IMG/VR virus record: IMGVR_UViG_3300047160_008180
Span: 769 to 64,768 of that record
Source: a virus
Taxonomy: Duplodnaviria > Caudoviricetes
Reading direction: 5' to 3' (one strand)
Length of the DNA stretch: 64,000 nt
Translations under genes and position numbers: made by a program
In this document: positions 56,078 to 64,000 of the stretch, piece after piece
Position numbering within the stretch: position 1 is the stretch's first letter
Layout: each line of letters starts with the position of its first letter
Notes under the pieces: model-generated
Told to the model about the DNA's origin: nothing
The model's input: the letters and a program-made list of their open reading frames with translations, nothing else
Database searches by the model: none

Positions 56078-56120
56078 CACCACCTCCCACAGCACACCCA
56101 TTACTTAAACGGAGAGCCAA

Positions 56121-56702
56121 ATGGCTAACCCAAATGCTCCCAGCGGCTTCAAAGTCGTGAAGCATGCCGGCGGCGGGACTGCTAACCGTCGACGGCGCTA
56201 CGCGATTGCAGGGGCCTACGCGTCAAACATCGTCACGGGCGATGCGGTCGAGGTGGTGACCGGCGGACCCAAGACCATCCAGCGCCCCGGCGCGGCCACC
56301 GATATGCTGATCGGCGTATTCGATGGCTGTTTCTACCTGGACCCGAACCAGTCCGCCCCGCAATACAACCGCCTCTGGCCAGCATCGCAGGCGGTTGTGT
56401 CCGGTTCCTCGCCGCAGGCGTTCGTGTACGACGACCCGGCCGACCTGTTCGAGGCCCAAATGTCGCTGGCGTTCGCGCTGACGTACATCGGCGCGCTCGC
56501 CAACCTGGTGGTGGGTTCCGCAAATACCACGATCAAGACTAGCGGCGATGCCGTCGACTCGACCACCGCGGCCGCCAACAGCGGCGTGGTGTTCCGGATC
56601 GATGACATCGTGCAGCGCGCGGATGTCGCGGTCGGCAACTATGCCCGTGTGAACGTGCTGATCTCGAAGCACTTCCTGGGCCCCACTCTGACCGGCGTGT
56701 AA
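56121..56702 (+). CDS. Capsid cement / decoration protein
   Basis: MANPNAPSGF...YAIAGAYASNIVTGDAV...GVFDGC...FVYDDP. Directly before the capsid gene. Confidence 0.65.
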   Translation: MANPNAPSGFKVVKHAGGGTANRRRRYAIAGAYASNIVTGDAVEVVTGGPKTIQRPGAATDMLIGVFDGCFYLDPNQSAPQYNRLWPASQAVVSGSSPQAFVYDDPADLFEAQMSLAFALTYIGALANLVVGSANTTIKTSGDAVDSTTAAANSGVVFRIDDIVQRADVAVGNYARVNVLISKHFLGPTLTGV

Positions 56703-56731
56703 GGCCCGGCTACCTACAGGAGATCGCTCAC

Positions 56732-57634
56732 ATGATGAATCGCAGCGACTTCCGTCGGCAGCTTCAGGAAGGCCTGAACGCTGTCTTCGGAATGGAATAC
56801 GACCGCTACCCGGAAGAGTGGCGCGACATTTTCGACGTGGAAACGTCACAGAAGGCGTACGAGGAGGACGTGTTGATGTACGGCCTCGGGGCCGCCCAGG
56901 TGAAGGACGAAGGTGACGCGGTGGCGTACGACGAGGGTGCGGAAAGCTACACCGCTCGTTACAACCACCAGACCATCGCTCTGGCCTTTGCCATCACCGA
57001 GGAGGCGGAGGAGGACGGCCTGTACGGCTCCATCGGGCAGAAGATGAGCCGCGGTCTGTCGCGCTCGTTCCTGCAGACCAAGGAGGTCACTGGCGCGAAC
57101 ATCCTCAATAACGGCCAGTCCTCGAGCTTCCCGGGCGGTGACGGTGTGGCGCTGTTCAGCACGGCTCACCCGCTGGCGAACGGTTCGGTGCTCTCGAACA
57201 CCCTAGCCACACCCGCCGACCTGGCGGAGGCTGCCATGGAGGCGCTGCTGGTGCAGATCAGCGCTTGGACGGACGAGCGCGGAATCCCGATCAAGCCAGA
57301 CGTGGCCCGACTCATCATCCCGACGCAGTTGCAGTTCATTGCGACCCGTCTCTTGATGACGCCGTACCAGCCGGACACCGGCGACAACAACATCAACGCC
57401 ATCTTCAAGCTGGGTTCGATCCGAGACGGATTCTCGGTCAACCACCGCTTGACGGACCCCCGCAACTGGTTCTTCAAGACGAATGTCCCCGATGGCCTGA
57501 AGCACTTCGTGCGTAAGGCGATCAGCGGCGGCGTCGAGGGAGACTTCGAGACCGGCAACATGCGCTACAAGAAGCGCGAGCGGTACTCGTTCGGGTGGAC
57601 CGACTGGCGCGGGGCTGCCTCGGGAGGACCCTAG
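56732..57634 (+). CDS. Major capsid protein (HK97 fold, Mu gpT-like)
   Basis: LQEGLNAVFGMEY, YDEGAE..TARY.HQTIAL.FAITEEAEED, GDGVALFSTAHP, RERYSFGWTDWRG. Confidence 0.9.
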   Translation: MMNRSDFRRQLQEGLNAVFGMEYDRYPEEWRDIFDVETSQKAYEEDVLMYGLGAAQVKDEGDAVAYDEGAESYTARYNHQTIALAFAITEEAEEDGLYGSIGQKMSRGLSRSFLQTKEVTGANILNNGQSSSFPGGDGVALFSTAHPLANGSVLSNTLATPADLAEAAMEALLVQISAWTDERGIPIKPDVARLIIPTQLQFIATRLLMTPYQPDTGDNNINAIFKLGSIRDGFSVNHRLTDPRNWFFKTNVPDGLKHFVRKAISGGVEGDFETGNMRYKKRERYSFGWTDWRGAASGGP

Positions 57635-57652
57635 CCCTAGCGTTTGCGGTGG

Positions 57653-57719
57653 ACTGCGCGGTTACCCCTTTCCGCGCGGTCCCTCGAGCCGGAGGGGCTC
57701 ACGCCCTTCCGGCCATTTT
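57653..57719 (+). terminator. Two tandem hairpins after the capsid gene
   Basis: ACTGCGCGG/CCGCGCGGT, then GCCGGAGGGGC-TCAC-GCCCTTCCGGC followed by CATTTT. Confidence 0.6.
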
Positions 57720-57759
57720 GGAAATGACGGGGTAACCAATCCCCTGCACTGGAGCTGTC

Positions 57760-58443
57760 ATGACCACTCGACACACGATTTCCCGCGCCGACACCCTGTT
57801 CTCGGGATCGGCCTATTACCCGCCCGCTAATGTGCTGCCGGGCTTACCGGTAGACCTGGCCAACTATTACAGCTGGGGGGCGATTGCTGCAGCCGCGGCC
57901 AACAATATCGCCACCAGCCAAGCGAGCTCGGGCGGCACGAACGCCCTCACCGTGAACGGCTCGCTGGCCTCGAGCGGCGTGGCGACGCCCGACTTCCCGC
58001 GCAATGTGGTCGCAGCGTGGACGGGTACCGCGATCGCCACGGTGACCGGCACGGATTACTACGGCCAGCCGCAGACTGAGGCCTCGGCCTCCGGAACGAG
58101 TTTCACCGGTAAGAAAGCGTTCAAGACCATTACGGCGGTGACCTTCTCCGCCGCGGTGACGGCGGCGACCGTGGGTACCGGCGTTAAGATGGGCCTGCCG
58201 TACCGAGTCGACCAGAACGGACTGCTCGATGCGCTCATGGACAACCTGCCGGACACGACCTACACCTTTGTACCGGCCGACACGACCTCGCCGGCCACCT
58301 CAAGCACGGGTGACGTGCGCGGCACGCTTGCCGCATCCACAGCCCCGAACGGCACCCACGCGTACGCCTGCAACTTCCGCATCTCCGACCGCACCGGCGG
58401 CGTGGGGAAGATCGTCGGCGCTTACGGCGTGACCCCTGCTTAA
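57760..58443 (+). CDS. Virion structural protein
   Basis: Ala/Thr-rich, GKKAFKTIT, DVRGT. Confidence 0.65.
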   Translation: MTTRHTISRADTLFSGSAYYPPANVLPGLPVDLANYYSWGAIAAAAANNIATSQASSGGTNALTVNGSLASSGVATPDFPRNVVAAWTGTAIATVTGTDYYGQPQTEASASGTSFTGKKAFKTITAVTFSAAVTAATVGTGVKMGLPYRVDQNGLLDALMDNLPDTTYTFVPADTTSPATSSTGDVRGTLAASTAPNGTHAYACNFRISDRTGGVGKIVGAYGVTPA

Positions 58444-58493
58444 CGGTTGAACTAGGTGGGGAGTAACAGAGCTCCCCGCCTCGAGGGCAAACG

Positions 58494-59027
58494 ATGCGTA
58501 CAACAGTCCAGGCGACCGGGGCCACGGCGGCGGAAAGCCCGTGGGTACCGGTCAGCGATTCCCAAAATCCGTTCAACGTGGGGCTTCATGCGCTGCCAGC
58601 GCAAGACTTCGCGGCGACGAGCTACACCTACCAGGTGACGCCCGATGACCCGCAGGCGGTACGTCAGGCCACCTTCACCACCAGCGGCACAACCGCAACC
58701 GTCACGGATACCGCGCACGGCCTGAACACCGGCGACTCCTTGGTGGCGCAGGGCACGAACAGCAGCGCGGATACGTATCCGAACGCGGTGGACATCACGG
58801 TCGTCGACGACAACACCTACACCTACACCACCGGCGCCTCCCCGCCGGCCAAGGGCATCCTGAAAGTTACGACCATGCGGGTTGAGGCCTTCGGTACGGC
58901 CGTGACCACCGGCAAAGGGTTCGCGCTGCTCCAGACGCCCTGCAGAGCGGTGCGCGTGAAGCTGGCGGGCTGGACGGTGGGGATTCTTAACCTGCTCGTG
59001 ATCCAGGCAGCAAGCCGCACGAACTGA
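58494..59027 (+). CDS. Virion structural protein
   Basis: Thr-rich, AHGLNTGD...ITVVDDNTYTY beta motif. Confidence 0.6.
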   Translation: MRTTVQATGATAAESPWVPVSDSQNPFNVGLHALPAQDFAATSYTYQVTPDDPQAVRQATFTTSGTTATVTDTAHGLNTGDSLVAQGTNSSADTYPNAVDITVVDDNTYTYTTGASPPAKGILKVTTMRVEAFGTAVTTGKGFALLQTPCRAVRVKLAGWTVGILNLLVIQAASRTN

Positions 59028-59037
59028 GGAGCAGGCA

Positions 59038-59778
59038 GTGACCGAGTCCGGCACCTACCTGTACAACCCCTTCATCGCCGAACTCTTCGACGAAGCGTTC
59101 GAGAATGCGGGGGTGGATCCGTCCGTCACCGGCGGCGCGCACCTCAAGAGCGCCCAGCGATCCCTGCGGCTGCTGGTCAACTCGGAGTGGTCGACCATCG
59201 GCATCCGTAACTGGATGGTGGCGGAGGAGACGCACACCACTGCGGTAGGGGAAACGAGTTTCGTGCTCCCGGCGGGCGGGATGGACATCGTGGAGGCGGT
59301 GCTGCGGCGGCCCAACCCGAACACCTCGACGTTCTCAGATGTGGAGATGTACGCCATCACCCGCAACGAATACTACACGCTGGTGACGAAGCAGAACCAA
59401 GGACGCCCAGACCGCTACTGGGTCGAGCGACTGGGTGACACCAAAGTGGTGCACTACTGGCAGGCAGGCAGCAACACCACGGACCAGATCGTGTACTCGA
59501 TGTTCCAGCAGAACCAGGATGTCACGATCTCCCTGACCAATACCCTAGGGCTGCCGACGTACGCCTACGCCGCGCTGGTTGCCGGCCTGTCCGCGCGTCT
59601 GGCGCTGAAGTTCAACCCGCAGCGGTACGAGATGCTGCAGGCGATCTACGCGGGCCCGCAGTGGGCCGAGAACCCGATTAACCCCGGCGGATTGCTGGGC
59701 ATGCTGCGCGTCGAGGATCGTGAAAGAGGCGACCTCGACACTTACCCCTCCTTCGAGCCGCGGGTCGGGAGACGGTAG
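59038..59778 (+). CDS. Head-tail adaptor (gp4-like)
   Basis: MTESGTYLYN...ELFDEAFENAG...SAQRSLRLL...W...GIRNW, KQNQGRPDRYW. Confidence 0.7.
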   Translation: MTESGTYLYNPFIAELFDEAFENAGVDPSVTGGAHLKSAQRSLRLLVNSEWSTIGIRNWMVAEETHTTAVGETSFVLPAGGMDIVEAVLRRPNPNTSTFSDVEMYAITRNEYYTLVTKQNQGRPDRYWVERLGDTKVVHYWQAGSNTTDQIVYSMFQQNQDVTISLTNTLGLPTYAYAALVAGLSARLALKFNPQRYEMLQAIYAGPQWAENPINPGGLLGMLRVEDRERGDLDTYPSFEPRVGRR

Positions 59779-60191
59779 TGGACAAGCACGGCTTCCCGGA
59801 AACCGTCGAGGAATACATTCGTCTCGAGGGCTATCGCGACCTGGGTCACAACCACGCGTTTCGGTTCCATTCCTGGCGCCCCGATAGAGCTCTTAATCCT
59901 CAGTACGCCGGCGTCGCAGATGTCGGCTACTTCGGTTGCACCGTTGTGCACTACAAGCCAGATGGCTCGCTGTGCATGGGTGGAATTCAGTTCGATACGC
60001 CCGGCGTACGGGCCGTCAATGCGGCATCGAAAGCGCATTGTCTGAAGGTTGGTATTCCCTACGTCGGTGACCCACCGCACTGGCAACTCATCTCTCTGCA
60101 TCCGCTCCACGTCGAGCCATCACTACTGTGCAAGATGGATAAGTGTGGCGATCACGGGTTTATCCGTGGTGGTCGGTGGGTGCCTGCGTAA
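59778..60191 (+). CDS. Cys/His-rich small protein (DUF6527-like)
   Basis: WQLISLHPLHVEPSLLC...CGDHGFIRGGRW. Confidence 0.55.
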   Translation: MDKHGFPETVEEYIRLEGYRDLGHNHAFRFHSWRPDRALNPQYAGVADVGYFGCTVVHYKPDGSLCMGGIQFDTPGVRAVNAASKAHCLKVGIPYVGDPPHWQLISLHPLHVEPSLLCKMDKCGDHGFIRGGRWVPA

Positions 60192-61756
60192 TGGCGCAGA
60201 AATACGCCAAAGGCACTCGAGCGTGGGGAATTTGCGGTCGTTCAGGCCGCAAGATGCTGCTCAAGGACATGGTGTTCGACGGCCGCTACCCGAACATGCG
60301 CGTGGACCCTGACTGGTACGAGGACAAGCACCCGCAGGAGTTCATGCCGAAGGTAGAAGACCCGACGGCGCTGTATCGCCCATCAGTCGAGGTGATCGCT
60401 GCGCCGACGGCTCCCGTGCTGGTGGCCAATCTCACCGGCGGTACGCAGGCGACCCTGACCTGGACGCCTTCCGAGACGGACATCACCGAGATCGCCAGCT
60501 ACGTCATCAATCGCAGCGTCGACAACGGTCCTTTCATGCCGTTAATCGTCTGCGCGGTGCTGCGCGACTTCCTGGGCGGCATCATCGGCGTACAACATTG
60601 CACCACGATCCCAAGCGTCCCCCAGAACGATGACAGCGGTTCCGTATACGACAAGACGACCAACGAGGACGCGCCGATTACCTACGTGGACACCACTGTA
60701 GCGGGCGGTCATACGTACTGTTACAACGTAGTGGCAGCGCCAATGGGGAATAACCAATCGGTCGCACAGGGACCCCCTTCAGCGCCGTCCAATGTCGCAT
60801 GTGTTTCAGTTGCGGGCACCTTCGCATGGACCTCGCGCGGAAACGTGCTGAGCAGCGTAGGCGCCTATGCCATGGCTTCTGATGGCGCGGGGAATACGCT
60901 ACTCATCGATGGGACGGGGCGCGTTCTTTTATCGACGGACGGCGGTCATACATGGGCGCAGCGTTCAGTCATCAACTCCTTCGTCCCTACGCAGACTTCC
61001 GGTTCTTTTTTGACCAGCGGAGGAACGTGGATTTTGTCCGCAGACGTAGCCCCCGGCATCCAGCTATATCGCTCGACAAACCTTGGGCTCACTTGGACTC
61101 CCATCACTCCGGGTATTGGAAGCGCTGGTGGGCTGATGATCGGCACGGACGGTAGCGGCAACTGGGTTGCTGTGGGCAACGTGATTCCTGACCCTCCCGC
61201 CAACTACGGACGCTCCACCGACGACGGTCAAACCTGGCAGTCGAACGGTGTTACCACGATTAGCGGCGGGGCGGGACCGCCTTACGTCCTGTATTGGACG
61301 GCTACCGACAAGTGGATCTTGCTAGCGCAAGATACGGCCGCGGTAAACGGGGTTATTTGGACATCTCCAGATGCGCTCACTTGGACACAACATCCGCTGA
61401 GCAATTCCAGTGAGTTTCTCAACGTCCTAGAGGTTTTGGCGGGCGTTTACTACGCCGGGTCATTCGCCACGGATTCCGGCTTCAAGGCCAACAGTTTGAT
61501 TGCGCTGGCCAGTGCGGCGCCGGTGGCTATCCCGCTCACCTTGAACGACTCGGTGTCGTTTCTGCTGAAAACCTCCGCCTATTGGTGGGCGCTGGATTTC
61601 AGCGGTGGGCTTGCGGGCTCTGTAGATTTCTCGACATGGCAGATAGCAATGCTGAATTTGCCAATTGGCGATTTTCCGAGGATCGCTTGTTACGACGCGG
61701 TACACGATTCGGCCATTGCGGCCGGAGCAAGTGGTTTCGTCTCGACATTTCCGTGA
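60191..61756 (+). CDS. Tail protein with FN3 domain and BNR/Asp-box beta-propeller
   Basis: LTWTPS...YVINRS...YCYNVVA; STDGGHTW, STNLGLTW, STDDGQTW, TSPDALTW. Confidence 0.75.
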   Translation: MAQKYAKGTRAWGICGRSGRKMLLKDMVFDGRYPNMRVDPDWYEDKHPQEFMPKVEDPTALYRPSVEVIAAPTAPVLVANLTGGTQATLTWTPSETDITEIASYVINRSVDNGPFMPLIVCAVLRDFLGGIIGVQHCTTIPSVPQNDDSGSVYDKTTNEDAPITYVDTTVAGGHTYCYNVVAAPMGNNQSVAQGPPSAPSNVACVSVAGTFAWTSRGNVLSSVGAYAMASDGAGNTLLIDGTGRVLLSTDGGHTWAQRSVINSFVPTQTSGSFLTSGGTWILSADVAPGIQLYRSTNLGLTWTPITPGIGSAGGLMIGTDGSGNWVAVGNVIPDPPANYGRSTDDGQTWQSNGVTTISGGAGPPYVLYWTATDKWILLAQDTAAVNGVIWTSPDALTWTQHPLSNSSEFLNVLEVLAGVYYAGSFATDSGFKANSLIALASAAPVAIPLTLNDSVSFLLKTSAYWWALDFSGGLAGSVDFSTWQIAMLNLPIGDFPRIACYDAVHDSAIAAGASGFVSTFP

Positions 61757-61771
61757 AGGGGCAACTAACTC

Positions 61772-62461
61772 ATGCCGACCATTGCCTGGACATACGCGAC
61801 GCTGATGCAGGCCCTCCAGGACTGGGAGGTGCACTCATCGGTCAAGTTCCTGGCTAACGTGCCCAACATCATCGGGCTGGGCGAGCGGCGGCTGTGGGGA
61901 GACCTCAACGTCGAGGAGTACGACCACACCGACACCACCACCATTCAGATGACGCCGGCGGTACGGACCATCCCCAAGCCTGCCGACACCATCCAGTTGC
62001 GGACGGTGGGCTACTACGTGCCGGCGATCGCCAGCGTGTCGGGTCAGCAGTTCGTCTACCTCGAGGAGCGCTCGAGCGAGTACTGCCAGATGTACGCGCC
62101 CGACTCGACGCAGAAAGCGCCGCCGGTTTACTACCATGAGCTGGCGTTCGATCACATCGAGGTGGTGCCAACGCCAGACCTGGCCTACCAGATGTACTTC
62201 CGGTACATCGGCACACCACCGGAAACCCTGAGTCCGATCACTCCCACCACCACGACCTGGTTGGCCCGTTCCGGCCCGGACGCGCTGTTTGCGGCCTGTC
62301 TCATGGAGGCGGAGCACTTCATCAAGGCCGACGACCGGTACCAGGACTACATGACCAAGTACCAGCAGGAACTCCTCCCGCGATTGCGCAGTGAGCTCCG
62401 CAAGTCCATTCGTGCGGGCGATTACTCGCCCATGAAAAGCGCCGCAGCGATCGCCCAGTGA
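61772..62461 (+). CDS. Tail tube / adaptor protein
   Basis: TYATLMQALQDW...IIGLGERRL...VVPTPD.AYQMYFRY...TTTWL...PDALFAACLMEA..FIK. Confidence 0.7.
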   Translation: MPTIAWTYATLMQALQDWEVHSSVKFLANVPNIIGLGERRLWGDLNVEEYDHTDTTTIQMTPAVRTIPKPADTIQLRTVGYYVPAIASVSGQQFVYLEERSSEYCQMYAPDSTQKAPPVYYHELAFDHIEVVPTPDLAYQMYFRYIGTPPETLSPITPTTTTWLARSGPDALFAACLMEAEHFIKADDRYQDYMTKYQQELLPRLRSELRKSIRAGDYSPMKSAAAIAQ

Positions 62462-62472
62462 AGGAATAGACC

Positions 62473-64000
62473 ATGCCAGCCGATTCATACAGCACCCGGC
62501 TCCGACTGCGATTGCAGGCGACCGGCGGCAACGTCAACACATGGGGCGCGCTGCTGAATGCGGCCGCCATCCAGCTCATCGAGGATTCCATTTGCGGGAT
62601 GGGCAACATCACGGTGACCACCGCCGATGTGACCCTCAGCACAAACAACGGCGCCACCGACAACGCGCGGATGGCCATCATCAATCTGGGCGGCGCACCC
62701 ACCAGCGGCTTTAACTGCATCGTTCCGGGCATCACCAAGCTGTACCTGTTCATCAACAACACCGGCCAGATCATGACGGTGAAGACCGCCGGCGGGTCGG
62801 GCGTGGCGCTGCAGGTGGCTTCGAACCAGTGGCTTGCGTGCGATGGCACGAACGTCTTTGCCGTGCAGTGCTTGCCGATTGGCAGCGTGACGAATTCCCT
62901 CGAGCTCATCGGCATACCTGGAGCGCAGTATGCGCGGCTGAACCTGTTCAATTCGTTCACGCAGGGCTTTGCCACCGCGTTCTCGAACATGACGGACGCG
63001 GCGACTATCACCCTCAACGCGCTGCTGTCGAACTGCTTCTACTGCCAGCTCGGCGGTAACCGCACCCTGTCCATCACCAACCCAGACGATGGGCAGCAGA
63101 TTGAGATATGGCTGCAGCAGGACGGCACCGGCTCAAGGACGATTACGTGGCCCGGCAACGTGGTCTTTGACGCTGGATCCACGGGCACCCTTTCTGTCGC
63201 GCCGAGTGCGTTGGACCGCTTCAAGCTCACCTATAACCTCGCGCTCAACATCTGGCGCGCACAGAGCTTTATCGGAGTCGCGGTTCCCGGCTCGAGCACT
63301 ACAGTCATCGCGGCCGGCGACACCGATGTGAACGTATTCGCCCGGGTGGGTTCACCCGCAGGCCCGGTCACGATCAATATCACCACCGCGGCGGGTGTCG
63401 TGATCCGCGCGAGCTCGCCGGCGACACCGGCGCTCGACTTTAGTGGGTTTGCGATCGGGACGACCATCAACTGGACGAACCTGGGGTACATCCTGGGCTG
63501 CGGGGGCAACGGCGGAAACGGCGGCGAGCTCGGGTTGAGCGGTTCGAGTATTACGGATGACTGCTGTGGCAAGGCCGGCAACACCGGCGGCCCTGCGGTG
63601 ACTGGGCCTGGAACCGGCCGTAACTTCAACATCACCAACGCAACGGGCTTCATCTGGGGCGGTGGCGGCGGCGGTGGCGGCGGCGGCGCGAACGGAACCG
63701 GCTCTCCCCTCACTGCCAACGGTGGCGGCGGTGGCGGCGGTGCTGGCTCCGGCCAACCAGGTCAGGGCGGTAGCAACGCCTCGAACACATTCGGCTTCAA
63801 TGGAGCGAACGGCACGGCGGGCGGCGGCGGCGCGAACGGCGACTTTGGCGCCGGTGGCGCAGGCAATCACACTGGCGGCTCGAGCAACGCAGGCACTGGG
63901 GGCGCCGGCGGCACGTGGGGCGTCGCAGGCAATCCCGGTCAGACCATCGCGGGCGGCGGTTCCGGTCAGGGCGGTGCAGGTGGCGGCGCCGGCAAGGCCA
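62473..64000 (+). CDS. Tail fibre with Gly-rich C-terminal region, 3' truncated (not in track)
   Basis: AAGGA RBS, MPADSYSTRLRLRLQATGGNVNTWG, QQDGTGSRTITWP, GGGGGGG runs. The frame is open to the window end. Confidence 0.8.
   Translation, partial: MPADSYSTRLRLRLQATGGNVNTWGALLNAAAIQLIEDSICGMGNITVTTADVTLSTNNGATDNARMAIINLGGAPTSGFNCIVPGITKLYLFINNTGQIMTVKTAGGSGVALQVASNQWLACDGTNVFAVQCLPIGSVTNSLELIGIPGAQYARLNLFNSFTQGFATAFSNMTDAATITLNALLSNCFYCQLGGNRTLSITNPDDGQQIEIWLQQDGTGSRTITWPGNVVFDAGSTGTLSVAPSALDRFKLTYNLALNIWRAQSFIGVAVPGSSTTVIAAGDTDVNVFARVGSPAGPVTINITTAAGVVIRASSPATPALDFSGFAIGTTINWTNLGYILGCGGNGGNGGELGLSGSSITDDCCGKAGNTGGPAVTGPGTGRNFNITNATGFIWGGGGGGGGGGANGTGSPLTANGGGGGGGAGSGQPGQGGSNASNTFGFNGANGTAGGGGANGDFGAGGAGNHTGGSSNAGTGGAGGTWGVAGNPGQTIAGGGSGQGGAGGGAGKA

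Larger units (their letters stand above)
1..64000. other. Near-complete tailed dsDNA phage genome (podovirus-like, P22-type tail and ejection module)
   Basis: terS, terL, portal, scaffold, capsid, adaptors, fibres, ejection proteins, endolysin and holin are present. Structural genes at both window ends point the same way. Confidence 0.95.

Noticed and set aside
63500-64000. GGCGGC tandem repeats as a DNA element
   Set aside because: Explained by Gly-rich coding of the tail fibre.
1-64000. CRISPR array, rRNA, integrase/attP, stop-codon recoding
   Set aside because: No repeat-spacer pattern, rRNA-like region or recombinase motifs. Core genes read through in the standard code.

Overview
A GC-rich tailed dsDNA phage with podovirus-like architecture: ejection proteins and no tape measure. 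The window covers almost the whole genome. It starts inside a gp10-like tail nozzle gene and ends inside a tail fibre gene that would precede that gene on a circular map. Gene order: tail and ejection genes (1-17035), including a 3063-aa polyvalent protein with InPase-like, GGDEF and zincin-like domains; lysis (17035-19240); a leftward operon with a HerA-like ATPase, csrA, YqaJ, RecT, a DEDDh exonuclease and an HNH (19242-27635); a divergent control region with small genes, a GT9 glycosyltransferase and a possible origin (27650-30600); helicase, MazG-like, adenine MTase, Ref-like and RusA genes; terS and an intein-containing terL; an accessory island; then portal, GroES-like, scaffold, capsid and tail genes. 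CsrA and GT9 suggest a Gram-negative, probably gammaproteobacterial, host (inference). No integrase, clear repressor, polymerase, primase, full tRNA or CRISPR array was seen. Main findings: (1) two tandem twin-arginine-leader mini-proteins carrying segments resembling the major capsid protein; (2) an intact HNH gene nested antisense and in register inside the giant ejection gene; (3) a GGDEF domain in a likely ejected protein; (4) a GNAT, sulfotransferase-like and 2OG-hydroxylase cassette beside a collagen-like fibre; (5) a 10-bp-periodic TGTTACA motif at eight loci; (6) probable AUU (csrA) and CUG (GT9) starts; (7) a D-arm-less tRNA-like element. All family calls come from motif recognition by eye, not database searches.
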